NCBI GenBank assembly: GCA_964500725.1
Contig: CAZCNP010000001.1
Location: 321,520-385,519, forward strand
DNA from: an uncultured Gammaproteobacteria bacterium
GTDB taxonomy: Bacteria > Patescibacteriota > Microgenomatia > Daviesbacterales > UBA10151
Length of the DNA stretch: 64,000 nucleotides
Direction: 5' to 3'
Both the position numbers and the translations under genes were made by a program. This document shows, piece by piece, positions 19,401 to 31,400 of this stretch. A model generated the notes under the pieces. The model was not told the DNA's origin, made no database searches, and saw nothing but the letters and a program-made list of their open reading frames with translations. The stretch's first letter is position 1, and each line of letters begins with the position of its first letter.

Positions 19401-22400
19401 TACTGGCAATGTTGGTATTTCAAACTCTGCCCCATCATTTACTTTGGATGTAGTAGGCACTGGCAGATTTTCTTCTGATCTAACTGTTTCTGGAACTACC
19501 TTCTCTGCCTCATCAGCTGCTGGATCATTTGATTCCTTAACAGTAGGAGGAGGTTATGGATCAACAGGAGTATCAATCTCCAATGCTGGAGTAATCCAGG
19601 CTAATGGAGCTTTAACTGCTGATGGACTGATTACTGGTTCAACAGGTTTAACTATTACTGGAGGTGTAGTTTCTTTGAATGCTTCCTCAAATAATGCTGT
19701 CAATATAAACACAGGATCATCTACAGGTGCTTTAACATTAGGAGGAGGATCTGGAACTGTGGAAGTGGCTTCCACCAGCTGGGATATTTCTACTTTAGGA
19801 GCTATCTCTGGTGTCACTGGTATTACTACCTCAGGAGGATATACCCAATCTGGTACTTCCGAGAACCTCTTTACTGGTAATGTGGGTATAGGAGTATCTG
19901 CTACAGGAGCTAAACTTTCTTTAAATGGCGGAGCATATATCTGGCCAATTACAACTAATATTGCTGCTCCTAATAACGGATTAGCTGTTTATGGTAGAGT
20001 GGGCATTGGTACTACCTCCCCCGCAACCAATCTCCACTTGATTGATACTTCTGGCAACACTGAGATAGCCAGGTTTACCTCCACGACCAACTCTAAGGAC
20101 TCCTATGTTCAGTTCAATACTACTTCTTCCACTTCTTCTATGGGATTGCAACTTTCTAGCACTGCTGCTAACTCAGTAGGTATGAGAATTGATGGCTCAG
20201 GAAACTTATCTTTCCATACAGGTGCAGCCAGCAGCTCAGTTATGGCTAATAATAATAAAAAGATGACTATTGATACCAATGGGAATGTGGGTATAGGCAG
20301 CAGTGCCAGCAATGGTATTAGCGCAATTCAACTTTTCCAGGTTAATGGAACCTCCTCCTCCCCATTTGTAGTTACTTCAGCTGGTAATGTTGGTATAGCT
20401 AATTCTGCCCCATCTTTTACTTTGGATGTAGTAGGTACTGGCAGGTTTTCTTCTTTACTGAATGTTTTAGGAAATGTGGGGATAGGAACATCAGGAGTAG
20501 CAGGATCAGCCCTGCAGGTTAATGGTGGAGGATTATTTGGCTGGGGAACAACTTCTACTGCTTTATCTTCTGGAGCTATCTTAGGAGTTAATGGAAATGT
20601 AGGAGTTGGGACTACTTCCCCTCTGGCTAACCTGCATGTTGTTGGACAATGTGTTGTTGGGGAAACAAAACTGAAAAGAAGAAGGAGGAAAAAAGGCAAA
20701 AATGGCAAGTGGATTGATGAATGGGAAGAGGTGGAAATCAAGGATATTAAAGAAGGCGATGAGATACTTTCCTTAAACGAGAGTACTGGTGAGTTTATTC
20801 CCAGAAAAGTTAAGGGGCTTTTGGGTATGGGAATGCAGGAGGTGTATGAAATCTTAACCGAAGAAGGTAAAACCATCCAAACCACCAAAAACCATCCTTA
20901 CCTGGTAGACCTCTCTGAAACAGCAGGTACAGCGCTTCATTTTATTCAAAAAGCCACTTTTGAATATAGCGAGAGATTAGGAAAAGAGTTTTATATTGAT
21001 CATCTTGCAGGCAAGAAAATAAAATCAAAAGCATTAAATGACACTATCAACTTTACTCATACAGGCTGGAACCACTTTACAGAAAAAAGCAGATCAATCA
21101 ATGAATTGATTACCAGATTTTTTGCTCTTCCCTATGCTATTACAGTTCTATCTCAAGCCAGCAAAGTAAAAATTCATGAGGAAAGAAAGAAACCAGATAT
21201 GGTAGTGGAATACTGGATTTTTGAAGAAATTATCGAGTATGCGTTAATCCGGGTAGTAATTTCTGCTGTGAATCATGGCCCTAAGTTTTTCTTGTCTTGT
21301 TCCTGGCTGGGGACACAGGCAGAAGGAGGAATTTTAGCCAACAAAAAAGAGCTGTCTCTCTCGCAGGCAGTTACTCCTGGTCGACGTCGGGAACTGGTTA
21401 TCCCTCAGCTCTTTACTAAGCTGTTTATACCAAAAAATGTCAAAAATGTCAAGTGGGTTGAGGTTAGAAACTTAACAGTTGGGGCTAGTATCGCCACTAT
21501 TTCAGGTTGGGAAAAGATAGTTTCCATCAAAAATATGGGTAGAAAATCTACTTTTGATATAGAGGTAGCAGGGACTCATAATTTTCTAGGCAATAATATA
21601 GTTGCCCATAATACTTTCATTACAGGTAATGTTGGTATAGGAGCTGCTTTTACCACCTCAGGTATAGTTACCCCTGCTGATGGTTTAGCAGTCCAGGGCA
21701 ATGTAGGTATAGGGACAACTACTACCAATGCTGCTTTAACAGTGATAGGAGGAATAACCAGTACTGGTAATGTGGGTATTGCTAACTCTGCTCCATCATA
21801 TACTTTGGATGTAATAGGTACTGGCAGATTCTCTTCTACTCTGCTAGCTAATACCTTCTCCTCCTCAGAGGTAACCATCACTGGTGGAACCATCAATAAC
21901 ACCAGTATTGGAGCAACTGTAACCTCAACTGGCGCTTTTACTACTCTTTCTGCCTCTGGAGCTTTGGCTGCCAATGGTGGGATTACCTTTGATAATGCTA
22001 CTGATACATTAGGAGCTTTTACTGCTGCTGGAACTATCAATATGAATGGCAATATTATTACCAATATAGGGGCAACAGATACCAGCTTTGCCACCACTGG
22101 AGCCTTAGCCATTACCTTAGATGGAGCTGATGCCAGTGGCGCTCTCTCTGTTTCCAATGCCTCTCAAACCTCAGATATCTTTGTGGCCAAAGATAACACT
22201 ACTGCTGTGTTTACCATTAAAGATGGAGGCAATGTTGGGATAGGCTTTACCTCTCCTTCAGCTTTGCTTCATCTCAGACAAACAGGATCAGGTAATGCTT
22301 TCTATGTAGAAGATCAGGCAGATGATACTTCTTCTCCTTTTGTGATCAATGCTGATGGTAATGTTGGTATAGCTAACTCTGCTCCATCATATACCTTGGA

Positions 22401-25400
22401 TGTAGTAGGAACTGGAAGAATATCTTCTGATCTGGTAGTAAATGGCACTACTTTCTCTGCCTCATCAGCTGCTGGATCATTTGATTCCTTAACAGTAGGA
22501 GGAGGTTATGGATCAACAGGAGTATCAATCTCCAATGCTGGAGTAATCCAGGCTAATGGAGCTTTAACTGCTGATGGACTGATTACTGGTTCAACAGGTT
22601 TAACTATTACTGGAGGTGTAGTTTCTTTGAATGCTTCCTCAAATAATGCTGTCAATATAAACACAGGATCATCTACAGGTGCTTTAACATTAGGAGGAGG
22701 ATCTGGAACTGTGGAAGTGGCTTCCACCAGCTGGGATATTTCTACTTTAGGAGCTATCTCTGGTGTCACTGGTATTACTACCTCAGGAGGATATACCCAA
22801 TCTGGTACTTCCGAGAACCTCTTTACTGGTAATGTGGGTATAGGAGTATCTGCTACAGGAGCTAAACTAGCCATTAATGGTGGAGCATATATCTGGCCTA
22901 CTACCACAGCTATCTCTGCTCCCAATGATGGGCTGGCTGTATATGGTAATGTTGGTATAGGAACTACTACACCTTTAGCTAACTTACATGTTGTAGGACA
23001 ATGTGTAACTGGAGATACCAGACTGAGAAGAAGGAAGAAAAAGAAGAATGGTGAGTGGTCAGATGAATATGAAGATATAGAGATTAAAGATATCCAAGCA
23101 GGAGACCAGATACTGTCCTTAAATGAAAAGACAGGGCAATTTGAACCTCACACTGTTCTCGCCCTAAAAGATATGGGAATCCACCAAACTTTTGAGTTGA
23201 TTACTGCCTCCAGGAAATCAATCAGAACAACAGCTAATCATCCATACCTTATTAAACAACAAAAAACCCGCCTTTCAGCGAGTTCTTTGACTGAGTTTAA
23301 TGCTGATGCACTATACTCGGGTCTGAGTATCAATACTCTACCACAAAATACCAATAATGTCAAGTCTATGACTGCACGAAGTGGAACTAATGTGGACCTG
23401 ACGGGAATTGAACCCGCAAACCCAGATTTCTCAGACCCGAGCGTACACCAGTACCAGGCCCACATAAAATTATTATCTCATAAATGGATTAAAGTTTCAG
23501 GGCTTAAACCAGGCATGGAAATAGCTACTATTAATGGATGGGAAAAAATAGCAGCTATTAAAAAATTTGCCAGAGAACAGGTTTTTGATATAGAAGTTGA
23601 AGGAACACATAACTTTGTAGGCAATGATATAGTTGCCCATAATACTTTTATTACAGGTAATGTTGGGATTGGGGCTGCTTTTACCACCTCAGGTATAGTT
23701 ACCCCCACTAATGGATTAGCAGTCCAGGGTAATGTTGGTATTGGGACAACTACTACTACTAATGCCTTAACTGTTGCAGGTAATGTTAATACTACTGGTA
23801 ATTTAGGAGTTGGAACATCAGCTACAGGAGGATATAACTTAACAGTACAGGGTACTACCAGTATTACTGGAGCTGCCACTTTTGGATCTACTGGTACCTT
23901 TGCCTCTACCTTAACAGCTTCCAATGGCTTAACTTTAACAACTGGAGCTTTAAATCTAACCTCTACCTCAGGACAGGCTAATCTAGCTCTAACCAATAAC
24001 ACCAACACCTTCACTGTTAATGGATTATTTGGGATAGACACTACCAATAACAGAGTTGGTATTGGAACCACTGCCCCCTCTGCAGCAAGGCTTGAAGTTA
24101 TTGGAGCAGGATCCGTGACAGGACGCACCTTCTGGGTTACTGGATCAAATCTTTCCTCAGGCCTGGCAGTACTGGATAATGGTAACGTGGGTATTGGTAT
24201 TAGTGGACCAACTGCCAGTTTGGATATTGTGGGAACCTCATATACTACTGCCTTAGATCAATCTCAAACAAGTACTAATGGATTTTATAGCTCCAGTATA
24301 CAAGCGCAATCTTTCACCCCTTCTGTTACCGGCCCTTTCATGTATGCTGATATAAAAATCCAATCAGGAGGAGGAGCTCCAGGCAATACCGCTCTTACCC
24401 TCCGCTCAGGAGAAGATGTTTCAGGTACAGTTTTGGCTACTTCAACCAGTGTTGCCAGTTTAGGCAGTGGTTGGTATCGGATTACTTTTGACAATACCCC
24501 TACTTTAACTGCCGGACAGCAATACACCATCCGCTATGATAGAACAAGTACAAACGACTGGGGAATACAAGGTGCTAATCCCTATTCTGGAGGAAGATTC
24601 TATGGCTTAGGAGCTTGGAAAACCGATGATGGTGCCTTTAAAACTTATGTCTATACAACAGATACTACACTGGCAGATGCAGTTAAAATGGCTAATAATT
24701 ACACCTCGGCAAACAGCGGGGCTGTTTTAAACATTACCACAGCTGGAATAGCTGGAAGCTATGCCTTAAGAGTTAACGATGACGGTACATTTACCGATAC
24801 CTCCCCCTTTGTTATTGATACTACTGGTAATGTTGGTATAGCTAACTCTGCTCCATCATATACCTTGGATGTAGTAGGAACTGGAAGAATATCTTCTGAT
24901 CTGGTAGTAAATGGCACTACTTTCTCTGCCTCATCAGCTGCTGGATCATTTGATTCCTTAACAGTAGGAGGAGGTTATGGATCAACAGGAGTATCAATCT
25001 CCAATGCTGGAGTAATCCAGGCTAATGGAGCTTTAACTGCTGATGGACTGATTACTGGTTCAACAGGTTTAACTATTACTGGAGGTGTAGTTTCTTTGAA
25101 TGCTTCCTCAAATAATGCTGTCAATATAAACACAGGATCATCTACAGGTGCTTTAACATTAGGAGGAGGATCTGGAACTGTGGAAGTGGCTTCCACCAGC
25201 TGGGATATTTCTACTTTAGGAGCTATCTCTGGTGTGACTACTTTGAATATGTCAGGCGCCATCACTGCTGCTACTGCCTCCAATACCATCAATGGTTTAA
25301 TTATTAACTCTGGAGCATTATCTGGTGTCACTGGTATTACTACCTCAGGAGGATATACCCAATCTGGTACTTCCGAGAACCTCTTTACTGGTAATGTGGG

Positions 25401-28400
25401 TATAGGAGTATCTGCTACAGGAGCTAAACTTTCTTTAAATGGCGGAGCATATATCTGGCCAATTACAACTAATATTGCTGCTCCTGATAATGGCTTGGCT
25501 GTATATGGCAATGTGGGTATTGGTACTACTACTACCAATGCTGCTTTAACAGTGATAGGAGGAATAACCAGTACTGGTAATGTGGGTATTGCTAACTCTG
25601 CTCCATCATATACTTTGGATGTAATAGGTACTGGCAGATTCTCTTCTACTCTGCTAGCTAATACCTTCTCATCATCAGATGTAACAATCACAGGAGGAAC
25701 TATTAATGACACTACTATTGGAGCAACTATTACCTCAACTGGAGCTTTTACCACTTTAACTTCATCAGGTAATACCACCTTGGGTACAGGAGCATCATCT
25801 GTCAATACCATTGGTTCAACCACTACTCCAGGAACTCTAACCCTGCATGGAGCCACTACTTTGGACAATACCTTCACTGTTTCAGGAGCCAATCTCACTT
25901 CTTTGGGTGGGAACTTATCTTTTACTGGCACTGCTCCATCTTTAACTTCTGGATCATCAGTACTAGGAATATTTGCTGGAGGTAATGTAGGAATTGGGAC
26001 TACTTCTGCCATGGCCTCCTCTTTTAATGTTAATGGCAATCAGGTTATTGGTTCATCTTTCATTGGAGGTGCTGCCCCCACTAATGGATTAGCAGTCCAG
26101 GGTAATGTTGGTATTGGGACAACTACTACTACTAATGCCTTAACTGTTGCAGGTAATGTTAATACTACTGGTAATTTAGGAGTTGGAACATCAGCTACAG
26201 GAGGATATAACTTAACAGTACAGGGTACTACCAGTATTACTGGAGCTGCCACTTTTGGATCTACTGGTACCTTTGCCTCTACCTTAACAGCTTCCAATGG
26301 CTTAACTTTAACAACTGGAGCTTTAAATCTAACCTCTACCTCAGGACAGGCTAATCTAGCTCTAACCAATAACACCAACACCTTCACTGTTAATGGATTA
26401 TTTGGGATAGACACTACCAATAACAGAGTTGGTATTGGAACCACTGCCCCCTCTGCAGCAAGGCTTGAAGTTATTGGAGCAGGATCCGTGACAGGACGCA
26501 CCTTCTGGGTTACTGGATCAAATCTTTCCTCAGGCCTGGCAGTACTGGATAATGGTAACGTGGGTATTGGTATTAGTGGACCAACTGCCAGTTTGGATAT
26601 TGTGGGAACCTCATATACTACTGCCTTAGATCAATCTCAAACAAGTACTAATGGATTTTATAGCTCCAGTATACAAGCGCAATCTTTCACCCCTTCTGTT
26701 ACCGGCCCTTTCATGTATGCTGATATAAAAATCCAATCAGGAGGAGGAGCTCCAGGCAATACCGCTCTTACCCTCCGCTCAGGAGAAGATGTTTCAGGTA
26801 CAGTTTTGGCTACTTCAACCAGTGTTGCCAGTTTAGGCAGTGGTTGGTATCGGATTACTTTTGACAATACCCCTACTTTAACTGCCGGACAGCAATACAC
26901 CATCCGCTATGATAGAACAAGTACAAACGACTGGGGAATACAAGGTGCTAATCCCTATTCTGGAGGAAGATTCTATGGCTTAGGAGCTTGGAAAACCGAT
27001 GATGGTGCCTTTAAAACTTATGTCTATACAACAGATACTACACTGGCAGATGCAGTTAAAATGGCTAATAATTACACCTCGGCAAACAGCGGGGCTGTTT
27101 TAAACATTACCACAGCTGGAATAGCTGGAAGCTATGCCTTAAGAGTTAACGATGACGGTACATTTACCGATACCTCCCCCTTTGTTATTGATACTACTGG
27201 TAATGTTGGTATAGCTAACTCTGCTCCATCATATACCTTGGATGTAGTAGGAACTGGAAGAATATCTTCTAATCTAACAATAGGTGGATCATTAACTTCT
27301 ACTGGTAACCTACTTCCTTCAGCTGATGATACTTATGATTTAGGTTCTTCTTCTGCCAGATGGCAAGATCTCTATGTTGGCCCCACATCCTTAAATCTAG
27401 TTTGTACTGCAGGAGAATGTGGTACAGCCAGAACTTGGAATATTGGTGTTCAGGAATCTTCTGGAGTAGCAGCTGCCCAAGGTAATTTAAGGATTGGGCT
27501 TTCTTCCAGTAGAGACTTTCTCAATATTAACACCTCTGGAAATTTAGGAATTGGGACCAGTAATCCAGGAAACCTTTTGACTGTTTCAGGAGGCAATATT
27601 GAAATTTCCAGCGCTTCTCCACAGTTGATTTGGACAGACACCACAGCTGGTCAGGATGCTTTTGGAGCTATAGCCAACAGCGATTACTTAGAATTTATGT
27701 CCGGAGGCACCAGAAATATTTTAGTCTTGGCTGGTGCAACCCACGCAAATGCAGGTAATGTGGGGATTGGAACAGCAACTCCTGCCTTTAAACTGGATGT
27801 TAATGGTGGCATCAATTCAGGTACATCTGCTGGATATTCTGTTGGATCGTGGCTTGGTATGTCTTATGCAGCAAATGGAGCAAGTTATAACTTAAACTTA
27901 GGTGGTATTAATGCCTCTACCTGGGTGGGACTAGGTCTTTTCACTTCTGGCACAGAAAAGGTCAGAATCGATACAAATGGCGCACTATATTCAGGCAATA
28001 TTGGTACCTCTATTGCTAATGCTAATTTATTTGTCTCAGGGGCTACCTCTGGAAATGTTGGTATCGGCACTACAACTCCAAATACCAGACTGGATGTTAT
28101 AGGTAATGGGACTTATGCTGCTGATTTCATGAATGGAAGTGTGGGAATTGGAACTAGCAGCCCTCAAGCTACCCTTCATGTAGCTTCTGCCTTTACTGCA
28201 GTTTCAGATACTGGCAGCACTGGTGGTAACTTAATTATTCAAGGAACTGATACTACCAGGGATCCAACTCATGGGGCTGCTTTAAGCTTCTATCTTCCAG
28301 CTACTACAGCAGGAGGAAATCCTTATGTTCAAGCCAGAATTATAGGAGCACCAGATAATAGTTCTAATAATAATACTTCTGGAAGATTAATTTTCCAGAC

Positions 28401-31400
28401 TAGAAATAATACCAGCGCCTCTTTCAATAATGCCATGATGATAGATTCAAATGGAAATGTTGGCATTGGCACAACTGGGCCTAATGCTAAACTGGATGTG
28501 ATTGGTGGAATCAGGGTTACTAATACGAGCAGCACCAATGCTCTTGTGTTTGGTCTTGCAAATAGCAATCATTACCTCAAGCTCTACGCAGATACAGACA
28601 CTGGTATCAGCTACATTAAGAACTTATCTAACTATGATATTAGACTGGGACATGCAAGCAGTGATGATGTAATAATCAACTCTGCTGGTAATGTAGGTAT
28701 AGCAAACTCTGCTCCAAGTTATACCCTGGATGTTATAGGTACAGGCAGATTCTCTTCTGACCTTACTGTTGGAGGAAACTTAACTGTCTCTGGCACTACT
28801 TTTTCTGCCTCAGGAGCTGCAGGATCTTTTGATTCTTTAACAGTTGGTGGAGGTTATGGATCAACTGGAGTAACTATTTCCAATGCTGGGGTAATCCAAG
28901 CCAATGGGACTTTAACTGTTGATTCTACCTCTACTTTAACAGGAGCTGTCAGTATTGGAGCTTCCAATGCTGCTTTAACATTTACTGGTACTACTCCATC
29001 AATCACTTCTGGTTCCTCTGTCTTTGGAATCTTTGCTGGGGGGAATGTGGGAATAGGGACCACCTCTACCATGGGGTCAACTTTGAATGTTTCAGGTAAT
29101 CAGGTTATTGGTTCATCTTTCATTGGTGGAGCTGCTCCACAAAATGGATTAGGGATTCAGGGTAATGTTGGTATAGGCACTACTACTGCTACCTCTTATA
29201 ATCTTCAAGTTGTAGGGACTATTGGTTCAACCAGTGGTATTACTATAGATGCTGGAGCAGGCAGCTCTAATGCAACTCTTACTCTCGCAGGAAGAAATTC
29301 TGGGACAGCCCATTCTGCTTCTGTTTTCTCCAATTTTAACGGAGGCCTTAATCTAAAACCAGCCACAACTGGCAGTGATATTAATGTCTATCTTTGGAAT
29401 AATGCCACAGCTTCTACCTCCAATACCATGCCTTTAAACTTTGATTTAAATGCTACCACAGATGGTAAAACTACTTTTGCTCAAATCATGGGTCTTTCTA
29501 CTGATATTACCTCGGGAGCTGCCTCTGGAGCTTTATCTTTCTACACCAAAAATACTGGATCCTTGAAGGAAAGAATGAGGATAGATCTAAACGGTAACGT
29601 TGGTATTGGTACTTCTGCTCCATTTACTGCATTAACAGGAGCCTTCCAAGTAGCACCAGTTTCTGCCCCTGCTGCTTTCTTTGTAGGAAGTACAGGTAAT
29701 GTTGGGATAGGGACTACTGCCCCTACTAACAACTTATCAGTTATAGGCAATGTTAATACCACTGGTAATTTGGGAGTAGGGACATCTGCCACAGGTGGAT
29801 ATAACCTAACAGTAAATGGAACTGCTAGAATCTCAGGAAATATAGGTATAGGTGGTACTGCTACCTTCAGTAATCCAACTATCTTTAACAATGGTATTAC
29901 CAATAATGGAGTCTTTTCTCAGACAGGACAATTCCTAGCAGGAGATGGATCAGCTGCAGCTCCTTCGTATTCCTTCACCAGTTCCACTGGAGCAGGCCTC
30001 TGGTCACCATCTTCTAACAATATTGCCCTAACTACTGGAACTCCTACTACAACTGGTACCATTAAAGGAATCTCTGTTGATTCCTCTGGTAATGTAGGAA
30101 TTGGGACTTCTAATCCAGCAGGGCTTTTGGACATTGTTAAATTAGGAAATGATAACCCAATCTATATAGATCGATATAGTACAAACAATGGCCATGTTCC
30201 CACAATCCAATTCCGCACCAGCCAACAAAACAGTCTAGGCAACACTGCCACCACTATTAGCAACATGTATGGAAGACTTGAATGGTATGGGAATGATGGT
30301 AACGGCTTCCAAAGGGCTGCCTATATTCAAGCACAGCAGGGTTCAAGTACTGCAACTGATGCTGACTTAACAATATCTACAGGTGCAAGCGGAACAATTT
30401 TCATGGAAGGGAGTTCTGGCAATGTTGGTATTAACAATGCTGCTCCTGTGGCTAAATTACATTTAACAGGAGCTGGGATTACCACTGGAGTTAACTTCCT
30501 CTCCACAGGAGCTGGTGGAGGTGGAGGTCTAGTAGGTATTTTAGATAATGGCAATGTTGGAATAGGGACAACTGCACCAGGACAGAAACTGGATGTGGTT
30601 GGTACTATTAAATTTGGTTCCGGGGGTTATTACTCTTTGGGCACAGATCCTACCCGACTGGAAATAAGAAATGCCGCCAACGATTCCATCGCTCTTTATA
30701 CGAACGGTACGCGCGGCTTACTTATGACTGGGTCTCAAAAAGTCACAGTTGGAGGAGATATTTCTGGTGGTAATAGTTTATTCAATGTTCAAGGTGGTAC
30801 AGCAATTGGGTCAAGTTATTACCTGGCGACAGCTCCTACCAACGGCCTATTAGTTGAAGGTAATGTTGGTATTGGTACCACCAGCCCGATCACTAAATTA
30901 GATGTTAGCGGTGGAGTTGGAGACACTTCATCTACTGATCCTCAATTCTCTCTTTCCAGATGGTCTTCAACTGGTAATAACGAAGTAGTCAAATTTAGAT
31001 TAATGGAGCAAGCTTCAGGTGGCACTAACTTTGGGGTATTTACCATCCAAACCAAGAGTACAGCCTCTGCAGCAGAAAGCGATAGTTACTACACTAATGC
31101 TTTCTCAATCACTGCAGCTGGAAATGTTGGTATTGGTACCACTGGACCAGCTGTTAAGCTTGATGTTGTTGGTGGAGGAAACTATGTTGACGGTTTGAGA
31201 TTAAGATATTCTGCCTTAACTAACGGATGGAACTTTGCTCAGGGGACTGGCGGACAACTTTATTTTGGTTATGGCTCTGCTGCTTCACCAACAACCATGA
31301 TGCTGATAGATACCAATGGCAATGTTGGTATTAATAATGCTGCTCCTGTGGCTAAACTTCATTTAACTGGAGCAGGAACAACTACTGGGGTTAATTTCCT

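Larger units (their letters stand above)
23002..23643 (+). mobile_element. Intein 3 (214 aa); insert has no recognisable protein domain but carries antisense RNA genes
   Basis: GQ/CVTGDTRL, TTANHPY, VFDIEVEGTHNF, VAHN/T. Confidence 0.9.

Noticed and set aside
23275-23316. tmRNA-like tag frame (ASALNSVKELA...) in the intein 3 sRNA
   Set aside because: The resume-codon context is off by one and there is no stop before the terminator; kept only as an alternative hypothesis
23238-23465. 75-aa minus-strand ORF across the intein 3 insert
   Set aside because: Its AGSIPVRST is the translation of a tRNA T-arm, and the internal promoter and terminator fit RNA genes better
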